In this document: in pieces, positions 56,184 through 64,000 of the stretch
How the letters are laid out: every line of letters starts with the position of its first letter
Position numbering within the stretch: position 1 is the stretch's first letter
From: Micropepsaceae bacterium
GTDB taxonomy: Bacteria; Pseudomonadota; Alphaproteobacteria; Micropepsales; Micropepsaceae
Direction: 5' to 3'
DNA length: 64,000 nt
NCBI GenBank assembly: GCA_031976175.1
Contig: DALYLR010000003.1
Location: 15,976 to 79,975 of the forward strand
Notes under the pieces: generated by a model
Databases searched by the model: none
What the model was told of the DNA's origin: nothing
Seen by the model: only the letters and a program-made list of their open reading frames with translations
Position numbers and translations under genes: made by a program

Positions 56184-57109
56184 CGACGGTTTACGCAATC
56201 GATGTCAAAGGACTGACCAAACGGTTTGGCAACAAGACCGTGGTGGATCAGTTCGCTCTGCAAGTCCCCAAAGGTCAGGTCTGGGGATTTCTCGGCCCAA
56301 ATGGCAGCGGCAAGACCACCACCATTCGCATGTTGTGCGGCCTGTTGCGGCCCGATGCCGGTGAGGGCACGTGTTTGGGCCTCGACATCCTGCACGAGGG
56401 CGGCCTGATCAAGCGCCAGGTCGGCTATATGACCCAGAAGTTCTCGTTTTATGAGGACTTGTCGATCCGCGAAAATCTTGAGTTTGTCGCAAGGCTCTAT
56501 GAGCTCAAGGACCAGCGGATCGCGGTCGATCAGTCGCTGGCGGAACTGGGCCTGACGCAGCGCCAACGGCAACTTGCGGGCCAATTGTCCGGCGGCTGGA
56601 AGCAGCGCTTAGCACTGGCCGCCTGCGTTTTGCACAAACCGGCGCTTCTGCTTCTGGATGAGCCAACCGCCGGAGTTGATCCGCAAGCCAGGCGCGATTT
56701 TTGGGAGAAGATCCATCTGCTGGCGGGCGACGGGATCACTGTCCTGGTGTCGACGCACTATATGGATGAGGCGGAGCGCTGCGACAGGATCGTCTATCTC
56801 GCCTATGGGCAGATCTTGGCCCAAGGAACCATAGCCGAGGTGATCAAGGCCTCTGGCCTGCACACATATATAGTGAGTGGTGGCGACATCCGCGGTCTGG
56901 CCCGCGCGCTTCATGGCCAGGAGGGCGTCACGCAAGTCTCGGTCTTTGGGACAACGCTGCATGTCTGCGGCGTTGACAGGGAGGCGCTTGATCGTGCCGT
57001 GGCGCCCTATCGCGCCTGGCCTGGCACCACATGGACAGTGGCGGAGGCAAGCCTTGAGGATGTCTTCATCCATCTGATGGCCCCCTTTCGCGATCGCATA
57101 CAGGGGTGA
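56180..57109 (+). CDS. ABC transporter ATP-binding protein
   Basis: GPNGSGKTT, LSGGWKQR, LLLLDEPTAGVD, VSTHYM. Confidence 0.95.
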   Translation: MTTVYAIDVKGLTKRFGNKTVVDQFALQVPKGQVWGFLGPNGSGKTTTIRMLCGLLRPDAGEGTCLGLDILHEGGLIKRQVGYMTQKFSFYEDLSIRENLEFVARLYELKDQRIAVDQSLAELGLTQRQRQLAGQLSGGWKQRLALAACVLHKPALLLLDEPTAGVDPQARRDFWEKIHLLAGDGITVLVSTHYMDEAERCDRIVYLAYGQILAQGTIAEVIKASGLHTYIVSGGDIRGLARALHGQEGVTQVSVFGTTLHVCGVDREALDRAVAPYRAWPGTTWTVAEASLEDVFIHLMAPFRDRIQG

Positions 57110-57115
57110 TCGGCC

Positions 57116-58246
57116 ATGTTCTCAAGCCTCAGACGCATCCTTGCGGTCTTCCTCAAAGAACTCATCCAGATGCGCCGCGACCGCATGACGATCGGGATGA
57201 TCCTCGCCATCCCAATCATGCAGCTGGTCATGTTCGGTTATGCGATCAATGGCGATCCGCGCAATCTGCCCACAGTGTTGAGGGTTCATGAGCATTCGGT
57301 CTTCTCGCGCAGTCTCATAACAGCACTGGAGAATACCCGGTATTTCAGGATCGTTGCCTCCACAACTTCGGAGGCCCGAGCCTCAACCATGCTCGCTAAT
57401 GGCGAGGCGGCGTTTGTTCTGACCGTCCCTGCCGGGTTTTCGCGCGCCATTTTGCGGGGCGAGCGGCCCTCGGTCCTATTAGAGGCGGATGCCTCAGACC
57501 CTGCGGCCTCTGCCAATGCAGTGTCAGCCCTCCAGCAATTGCCGGCAAGCGTATTTCAACAGGATCTCAAAGACGCAGGCATCACCCTGCCACCAAGTGC
57601 GCCGCCGTTCGATATCGTGGTCCAACGCCGCTACAACCCCGAGGGCGTTACCGCTCTTAACATTGTGCCAGGTCTCATCGGCGTCATTCTCACCATGACG
57701 ATGACGCTGGTGACCAGCATGGCCGTCGTGAAGGAGTTCGAGCGGGGCACCATGGAGAACCTGCTCGCCATGCCCGCAAAGCCGCATGAGGTGATGTTTG
57801 GGAAGATCCTGCCTTATGTGCTGTTGGGCTATGCGCAGGTCGTGATCATTTTTGCAGCGGCGCGCTTTCTGTTCGATGTGCCCATGGCCGGCTCTTATTC
57901 AGGGCTTCTGTTGATTGTGGGCATTTTCATTGCCGCGAACCTGTCGGTGGGCTTCACGCTTTCGACGCTGGCGACGAACCAGGCGCAAGCAATGCAAATG
58001 ACGATGTTTTTCTTCCTGCCGTCGATCCTGCTGTCCGGCTTCATGTTCCCCTTCAGAGGCATGCCCAACTGGGCGCAATGGATCGGCGAGGTACTGCCCA
58101 TCACCCATTTCCTGAGGCTGGTTCGAGCCATCATGTTGAAAGGGACCCCGATTGCCGAGATGGCGGACGAGCTGTGGGCGCTTCTGGCATTTACCGCTGT
58201 CATGTGGGTTGTGGCGATGCTGCGCTACCGGCGAACGCTGGATTGA
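57116..58246 (+). CDS. ABC-2 type transporter permease
   Basis: N-terminal TM, a large periplasmic loop, then 5 TM. ABC-2 membrane signature region FMFPFRGMPNWAQWIGEVLPITHF. Confidence 0.9.
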   Translation: MFSSLRRILAVFLKELIQMRRDRMTIGMILAIPIMQLVMFGYAINGDPRNLPTVLRVHEHSVFSRSLITALENTRYFRIVASTTSEARASTMLANGEAAFVLTVPAGFSRAILRGERPSVLLEADASDPAASANAVSALQQLPASVFQQDLKDAGITLPPSAPPFDIVVQRRYNPEGVTALNIVPGLIGVILTMTMTLVTSMAVVKEFERGTMENLLAMPAKPHEVMFGKILPYVLLGYAQVVIIFAAARFLFDVPMAGSYSGLLLIVGIFIAANLSVGFTLSTLATNQAQAMQMTMFFFLPSILLSGFMFPFRGMPNWAQWIGEVLPITHFLRLVRAIMLKGTPIAEMADELWALLAFTAVMWVVAMLRYRRTLD

Positions 58247-58256
58247 TCGCCACCGA

Positions 58257-58294
58257 TTAACCTGCCCGTAACCAAGCTTGCCGATCTTAACCAT
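58257..58294. promoter_or_regulatory. CtrA-box-like pair upstream of the CHAP lipoprotein gene
   Basis: TTAA-CCTGCCC-GTAAC (58257-58272, one mismatch to TTAA-N7-TTAAC), then an exact TTAACCAT at 58287-58294, ~46 bp before ATG 58340. Confidence 0.3.
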
Positions 58295-58339
58295 GGTTTC
58301 GGCACGGAAAGAATTGGTGAGCGGGCGGGCTCGGACAGC

Positions 58340-58888
58340 ATGGATGAGGGGTTGGTGATCCTGAAGCAGACAGTGGCAGCCTTGGGCGTGGCCGCGATGC
58401 TCAGTGCCTGTGCCTCAAGCTTCAAGGATCCCGGTTCGATCGGCCAGCACGCGCGCGGCGCGCAGCCTCGCTTTGACCCCTCAGTTCCTCCGATGCAATG
58501 CGTGCCCTATGCCCGCAAAAAATCGGGTGTGAAGATTTTCGGCGACGCCTACACCTGGTGGGGAAAAGCCGCGAGCCTTTACGAGACGGACGATGAACCC
58601 CAAAAGGGCTCAGTCATGGTCATCAAAGGCTATCAAAACGAAGAGCGCGCCCATGTTGCGGTGGTGCGCAAGATTCTAGGCGACCGCGAGATCACGGTCG
58701 ATCACGCCAATTGGGGCAATGACCTCAAGACGCAACTCGACACGCCCGTGATGGATGTCTCTCGCAGCAACGACTGGAGCCGCGTGCGGGTCTGGCACAT
58801 GGACAGCCAACGCTATGGCGGGCGCGTCTATGAGGTCAGCGGCTTTATCGGGCCCGATGCCCGTTCGAGCAGAGGGCTGCTATGGTGA
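58340..58888 (+). CDS. CHAP-domain lipoprotein
   Basis: Lipobox AAMLSAC. CHAP Cys/His context QCVPYARKKSG ... ERAHVAVV ... VDHANW. An alternative GTG start at 58355 follows GAGGGG. Confidence 0.8.
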   Translation: MDEGLVILKQTVAALGVAAMLSACASSFKDPGSIGQHARGAQPRFDPSVPPMQCVPYARKKSGVKIFGDAYTWWGKAASLYETDDEPQKGSVMVIKGYQNEERAHVAVVRKILGDREITVDHANWGNDLKTQLDTPVMDVSRSNDWSRVRVWHMDSQRYGGRVYEVSGFIGPDARSSRGLLW

Positions 58889-59000
58889 AATCCACACAAC
58901 TAGGGCTTTTGTGCGGCTGGATGACGCAATACCGATCCAATATCTGGGGACGAAGGGGCGGCACGTAGCTAAATATTGAAAGTCAAGAGGCGGAGGTCAA

Positions 59001-59921
59001 ATGAAACGTTTGACAACACGATTTTTAGGCGGCAGTTACCGGCCCGCGTTAACGGATAGGTCAATGTTTAAGACGACCGCTAATAACGGGGTAACGGCTG
59101 TGATGAAAGACCTCAGCGCTTCTATTACGACGCTCTTTATAGCTGGCGTTGCCTTGGCGGGCTGCGCAACTATGCCTCAAGATGCTTCGTATAATGAGCC
59201 GCGTCTGCGTTCGACTGTCAGCGCCGAGACCGTGCATTCGGCCGACATGGTGGTCCCAAAGACGACCCATACGCGTTTTGCCGTGTTGCCAGCCGGGATA
59301 GACGTGGGCGGCCCGCTGCTCAATTCGGATGACCTGCGCCGTGGCCAAGACCTGTACAACCGTCGCGATGACGCGAACATCGCTCTCCTGCCCTATGAGC
59401 CACGCAAGCAAGCCGAGAAGCGCGGCCGCAAGAAATCGCGTGGGCATGGCTTTGTGGCCGATGTCCCGCTTTCAGACCCTGTCAATCTGGCGGCCATTGG
59501 CGAGCCGCGCGTGGTGCGCGCTGGGCGTTATCTGCAATGCGTCCCCTTTGCCCGGCAAGCGTCGGGTGTGAACATCTTTGGCAACGCCAATCGCTGGTGG
59601 GACTTGGCGGCGGGCAAGTATATCCGTTCCAGGTCTCCGCAAGTCGGCGCCGTGCTGGTCATGAATGGCTACCGGACCACGCGCCGCGGGCATGTCGCCG
59701 TTGTCCGCAAGATCGTTGATTCCCGGACCATGGTGATCGATCACTCCAACTGGCTCAATGATGGGAAGATCTATCTGAGCGCGCCGGTCAAGGACGTCTC
59801 ACCGAACAATGATTGGAGCATGCTGAAGGTCTGGTACACGCCGGGCCGCCAATGGGGCTCGCGCACCTATACGGCCAAAGGGTTCATCCACCCGCGCACG
59901 AACCTCGCCTCGGCCCGTTAG
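59001..59921 (+). CDS. CHAP-domain lipoprotein (paralog)
   Basis: GGAGG RBS before ATG 59001. Lipobox VALAGC. QCVPFARQASG ... RRGHVAVV ... IDHSNW. An alternative start at 59103 would give a standard-length signal peptide. Confidence 0.75.
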   Translation: MKRLTTRFLGGSYRPALTDRSMFKTTANNGVTAVMKDLSASITTLFIAGVALAGCATMPQDASYNEPRLRSTVSAETVHSADMVVPKTTHTRFAVLPAGIDVGGPLLNSDDLRRGQDLYNRRDDANIALLPYEPRKQAEKRGRKKSRGHGFVADVPLSDPVNLAAIGEPRVVRAGRYLQCVPFARQASGVNIFGNANRWWDLAAGKYIRSRSPQVGAVLVMNGYRTTRRGHVAVVRKIVDSRTMVIDHSNWLNDGKIYLSAPVKDVSPNNDWSMLKVWYTPGRQWGSRTYTAKGFIHPRTNLASAR

Positions 59922-62900
59922 GCCGCCAACTTGGTCTTGATTGCTTTGCAGCTTTCCGCGAAGCAGGCGGCGATTTCCGCGATCTTGGCTGACAGCGCGT
60001 CAGGCGCGGCGTCTGTCGCCTCCGCCTCCAGTGCTTCCGCCAAATCGCCCAGGCGCGAGGCCCCAAACAGGCGCGCGGAACTCTTGAGAGAGTGCGCCAT
60101 GCGCCTCAAGCTTGAGCGCTCCGCCGTGGCCATCACTGCGATCTCTGAGCCTTGCTCCTTGACAAAGGTCGTGAACAACCGCGCGGCGCCCGCTTGGCCA
60201 AAGTCCTCAACGAGTTCACTCAGCGCGCCGGTCCCAAGCGGCTCAGCGGGGGGGGCGTCTTCTGCCGCAGTCTTTTGCGGAACGTGTTTCAGGAGCGCTG
60301 CCTGAAGGGCGGCCTTGCGGATCGGTTTGGTGAGGTGGTCGTTCATGCCCGCGGCCCGGCAACGTTCCCCATCCTCGGCAAAGGCGTTGGCCGTAAGGGC
60401 CAAGATAGGGACATGTTGATTGGGGCCCGAACGCGCGCGGATCTGCGTGGTGGCTGCAAGGCCATCCAGAACCGGCATTTGCAAATCCATCAGGATGAGA
60501 TCGAATGGCTCGCGCTGCGCGGCGTCGATTGCGACCCGGCCGTTTTCAGCCGTGACATAAGTGCAGCCCAGGCTGGACAGCATTTGCGTGGCGGCATAGC
60601 GGTTTGTCTCGTTGTCCTCAACCAAAAGAATCCGCAGGCCCGCAGGACCGCCACGAAGTTCATCACCTGGCCGCTGGTGCACACCTTTCGCATCCGCGGA
60701 CAAGAGGACTTTCAGCGTCTCCAACAGACGGGACGTCTGCACCGGCTTGAACAGCGAGGCGTCGCAAACCTTTGAGGCCTCGGCCCCCTTTTGGTTCGCC
60801 GCGCAGGTCATGGAAGACCAGAGGATCAGTTTGGGCGCAACAGTGAGCATCGCCCTGATCTCGCCCGCCAAGGTGATGCCATCCGTATCGGGCAATTTGC
60901 GGTCGATGAAGACCACATCATAGGCGGGCCCGTCGGCCTTCAGGGCCGCGCGGCCCATGCGGGCATTGTGCGCTTGATCCACCAGGAGGCCCCAGCGGGT
61001 GAGCCGGTCGGCAAGGATTGCGCGGTTGATGCCATTGTCATCGATAATCAGAGCGCGGCGGCCGCGCAGCGTGGTCACGTCCAACTCTTGCGCAGTGCCG
61101 GCCACAGGCAAAGTCACGTCAAAGCTGAACTGCGACCCTTGGCCAGGCGTGCTGGTGACGCCGATCTTGCCGCCCATGGCCTCCACGATGTGCTTGGCAA
61201 TCGAGAGGCCCAGTCCAGTCCCGCCGAACCGGCGCGTAATCGAGGCATCGGCCTGGCTGAATTTCTGGAACAGGCGCGCCCGCACCTCCTCCGGCATGCC
61301 GATCCCGGTGTCCTCAACGGCAAAGCACAGCGAGAAATGGCCGGGCCCGGCGAAGCGGCCGCGCACCTTGATGAGCACCATGCCAGCCTCGGTGAACTTC
61401 ACCGCGTTGCCGACTAGGTTCAACAGCACCTGGCGCAGCCGTGTTGCATCGCCCGAATACGAGCCTTCGCAAACACCGTCGATGTCGACAAAGATGTCGA
61501 TGTCCTTGGCGTGCGCCTTGGCGGCGAAGGTTTGGGCCACGCCCTCGACAAGCGGCACCAGGTCGAAAGGCGCCTGTTCCAGTTCGAACGCACCTGCCTC
61601 GAGCTTGGACACATCCAAGATGTCGCCGATGACCTGCAGCAACTGATCCGCAGAGTTGCGCGCGATTTCGACCTGCATGCGCTGCTCGCCGGACAATTCG
61701 CTATCCAAAAGGATATCCGTCATGCCGATCACGCCGTTTAGCGGTGTTCTGATCTCGTGGCTCATATTGGCCAGGAATTGGGTTTTGACCTCGCTCGCCC
61801 GTTCGGCCTCGATCTTGGCGGCCTTGAGTTCGTCTTCCTGTGCGCGGGCATCGGTAATGTCGCGGTAGATGCACACAAAGCCACCCTCGGCAGTCTTGTG
61901 TTCGGTCACCTCCAAGAGCCGCCCGCCCACACGTATCTCGAAGGGCACGCCCGCCGCCAAACGCTGGCGGTGGCGGCGCTGGCGCCAATCAGGTTTCAGA
62001 CAATCATCGCCAGGCGAGGCACTTTCTTGCGCCAAGGCACCCAAATCCCATTCGTCCATGCCCGCGCGAAGATGACCTCGCAAGCCAGGGATCATGCCCT
62101 CGAACTGTGTGTTCCAAATGACCAGCTTTCCCTCAGCATCATAGAGCGAGAATCCCGTATCCAAGACAGCGATGGCATCCTTGATGCGCTGGCTCAACGT
62201 GCCGATAGCGTCAAAGGCCTTTTTGGTTTGCTCCATTTGCGCGCGCAGCTTGGCTTGCGCGGCCCGCATTTGCGTGACGTCGCGGTGTACGACGGCGAGG
62301 CCGCCTTCCTTGGTCCGGTATTCGGTGATTTCCAAGGTCAGGCCACCAACGATCTGCTCAAAGGTGACGCCCAAGGTCTCGTGATGTTTGGCCCATGTGT
62401 CGAGCCAGTCCGGATCACCTGCCGAATCGCTTGGACTTGCGGCCTCCTGCATCCACATCAGCATGTCGAGCGCGGCCACACCGGGTGCCAGCTTATCCGT
62501 GAACATGGGGAAGAGCTCAGTGACCCGCGCATTCCATTGGATCAGGCGATAATCCGCGTCAAAGAGCATGTAGCCGTCGTTGAGCGCCTCTAGCCCCTCT
62601 TGGGAGCGCTGAATGAGCAGATTGATGCTTTCGTTTGCCGTGCCCAGTGCTGCGTTCTTTTCAGCCAGCCATTGCTCGCGCTGCTCTATCTCCTGAAACT
62701 GACGATCACGTTCTTCGACATGGGTCTTCAGCAATCGCGAGACATTCAGTCCGTACACGGTGGCGCCAAAGACCAGCACAATGACCATCGAACAGAAAAG
62801 TGCCAAGCTGTAGCGAAAGGCCTGAACCTTGCTGCCCGACTGCTCCAATTCGTGCAAGAACTGAGCTGTCATGCTGTCATTGATGGCATGCACTAGATCG

Positions 62901-63445
62901 TCCGTGTGGCTCGCCAGCTTGTCGCTCTTGGCCATCAATTGGCCGGCGCGTGCCTGATCGCCCTTTTCGAAACTGTCCATTACTGCGAGGGCCAGGATCT
63001 GTCCCTGACGCACATAGCGGGCCAACGCCTCGATCCGGCTTTGCAGATCGCCCGCCTCGATCTGGTCCGCGTCAGAGTCGTCGAGGTGGTCGAGCGCTTT
63101 GAGCACCTTAGGCAAGTTTGCTTCGAAGGCGGCAGTCAGCGCAACAGCGCGCGCGCGCTCCGCTGACGCATCCATGGACTGAAAAACATCATTGGCCGGC
63201 TCAAAGATTGCCCTCGATTGTGAGGCCAGATCATGGATCAGCTCCTGACGCTGATCCCAGAGGCGCGCCTCTGTCGTGCGGTCATTGAGTTCCTCGATGA
63301 CCAAATGCGCCACAAAGAGCGCCGCCACGATGGTCGCGAGATTGAGGATCCCCAGGCCGATATAGACAAGGTTGAAATTCGAGCGCGAGCCGGTCGGGTG
63401 CCACACCCTGGCATCGCCAAAATCGGTTGAAAGCCGGGACGTCAT
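59918..63445 (-). CDS. hybrid sensor histidine kinase/response regulator (TM sensor, 2 PAS-like, HisKA-HATPase, 2 REC, HPt)
   Basis: H-box SHEIRTPLNGV. GNAVKFT, DTGIGM, GGTGLGLSI. REC1 LIIDDNGINR...FIDRKLPDTDG. REC2 LLVEDNETNR...LMDLQMPVLDG. HPt AHSLKSSARLFGA. Confidence 0.93.
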   Translation of the reverse strand: MTSRLSTDFGDARVWHPTGSRSNFNLVYIGLGILNLATIVAALFVAHLVIEELNDRTTEARLWDQRQELIHDLASQSRAIFEPANDVFQSMDASAERARAVALTAAFEANLPKVLKALDHLDDSDADQIEAGDLQSRIEALARYVRQGQILALAVMDSFEKGDQARAGQLMAKSDKLASHTDDLVHAINDSMTAQFLHELEQSGSKVQAFRYSLALFCSMVIVLVFGATVYGLNVSRLLKTHVEERDRQFQEIEQREQWLAEKNAALGTANESINLLIQRSQEGLEALNDGYMLFDADYRLIQWNARVTELFPMFTDKLAPGVAALDMLMWMQEAASPSDSAGDPDWLDTWAKHHETLGVTFEQIVGGLTLEITEYRTKEGGLAVVHRDVTQMRAAQAKLRAQMEQTKKAFDAIGTLSQRIKDAIAVLDTGFSLYDAEGKLVIWNTQFEGMIPGLRGHLRAGMDEWDLGALAQESASPGDDCLKPDWRQRRHRQRLAAGVPFEIRVGGRLLEVTEHKTAEGGFVCIYRDITDARAQEDELKAAKIEAERASEVKTQFLANMSHEIRTPLNGVIGMTDILLDSELSGEQRMQVEIARNSADQLLQVIGDILDVSKLEAGAFELEQAPFDLVPLVEGVAQTFAAKAHAKDIDIFVDIDGVCEGSYSGDATRLRQVLLNLVGNAVKFTEAGMVLIKVRGRFAGPGHFSLCFAVEDTGIGMPEEVRARLFQKFSQADASITRRFGGTGLGLSIAKHIVEAMGGKIGVTSTPGQGSQFSFDVTLPVAGTAQELDVTTLRGRRALIIDDNGINRAILADRLTRWGLLVDQAHNARMGRAALKADGPAYDVVFIDRKLPDTDGITLAGEIRAMLTVAPKLILWSSMTCAANQKGAEASKVCDASLFKPVQTSRLLETLKVLLSADAKGVHQRPGDELRGGPAGLRILLVEDNETNRYAATQMLSSLGCTYVTAENGRVAIDAAQREPFDLILMDLQMPVLDGLAATTQIRARSGPNQHVPILALTANAFAEDGERCRAAGMNDHLTKPIRKAALQAALLKHVPQKTAAEDAPPAEPLGTGALSELVEDFGQAGAARLFTTFVKEQGSEIAVMATAERSSLRRMAHSLKSSARLFGASRLGDLAEALEAEATDAAPDALSAKIAEIAACFAESCKAIKTKLAA

Positions 63446-63487
63446 GAGCGGGCGTCTTTCAATACTGGGGAACTAAGCGCGGGTCTT

Positions 63488-63856
63488 TTAAGCGTTCAGC
63501 AGTGCGTCAATCTGGGCGCCGAACTCCCGGCCGCGGAAGGGCTTCTCGATGACCCGGCTGGCGCCCATGACGCTGGCCGCCATTAACAGAGGGTCTTTCA
63601 GATCGCCCAAGCCGCCCGACATCGCGAGAACGGGAACGGCGCCCTGATTTTCCCGGATCGACTTGATGAGCTCCAAGCCATCAACACCTGGCATGACCAA
63701 ATCGGTTACAACCATGTCGTAAGCGGCGTCCTTCAGCTTTTCGATCGCTTCCGCGCCATTGCAGGCAAAGAAAACCGTGTGCCCGCGTGTTGCCAGCAAA
63801 CCGCCAGTCAATTCGCGGTAAACCGGATCGTCTTCACACACCAAAATTCTGGCCAT
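63488..63856 (-). CDS. single-domain response regulator
   Basis: MARILVCEDDPVYR, VVTDLVMPGVDG, VIEKPF. Confidence 0.9.
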   Translation of the reverse strand: MARILVCEDDPVYRELTGGLLATRGHTVFFACNGAEAIEKLKDAAYDMVVTDLVMPGVDGLELIKSIRENQGAVPVLAMSGGLGDLKDPLLMAASVMGASRVIEKPFRGREFGAQIDALLNA

Positions 63857-64000
63857 AATGGCGCCCCTTGTTCCCATGCACTGGACGCCAGCAAAACAGA
63901 AATTGGAAAAGCAACTCTTAAGGCGAGTAAATTCGCATATTACACCTTGACGTGTGTGACCGGCCTCACTTGACCAAAAGTTAATGAATCTTCATGGTGC

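Noticed and set aside
59918-59921. Convergent overlap of the stop codons of the CHAP gene and the hybrid kinase gene (TTAG), and an 11-bp convergent overlap at 51940-51950.
   Set aside because: Short convergent overlaps are common in compact high-GC genomes, and there is no evidence of functional significance.

Overview
High-GC alphaproteobacterial chromosomal segment. ChpT, RpoH, a DUF1134/EipA-like protein, serC-serA-purA and a CheA-REC che operon point to a Hyphomicrobiales/Rhizobiales-like host. I support about 55 protein genes. I saw no rRNA, tRNA, CRISPR array, transposase or integrase. Core blocks are uvrB; chpT with cheA-W-Y-B-R; cysQ; SPFH/NfeD; serC-serA-purA; an NMO-type oxidoreductase; rpoH; a long-chain acyl-CoA synthetase; a TetR-HlyD-ABC-ABC2 exporter; and a large hybrid histidine kinase with a single-domain response regulator. 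Accessory content includes three PIN-type toxin-antitoxin modules, two of them paralogous and sharing a promoter-embedded palindrome. It also includes a heme-oxygenase-like di-iron enzyme translationally coupled to an acyltransferase-like gene, and a DUF1611-like P-loop protein coupled to an ABC exporter-type protein whose ATPase motifs are all degenerate. Further accessory genes are a polytopic membrane protein with an Ala/Gly/Val hyper-repeat, a ~630-bp composite palindromic repeat array, a membrane pentapeptide-repeat protein with a sharp internal composition shift, and tandem secreted S1 protease-DUF4384 paralogs. The most concrete anomaly is that purA lacks, in frame, the eight codons of the conserved GxTTGRxRR substrate loop. 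No single obvious known defence or mobile system is present. The candidate novel systems are inferences from motifs and gene order and need database and experimental checks.
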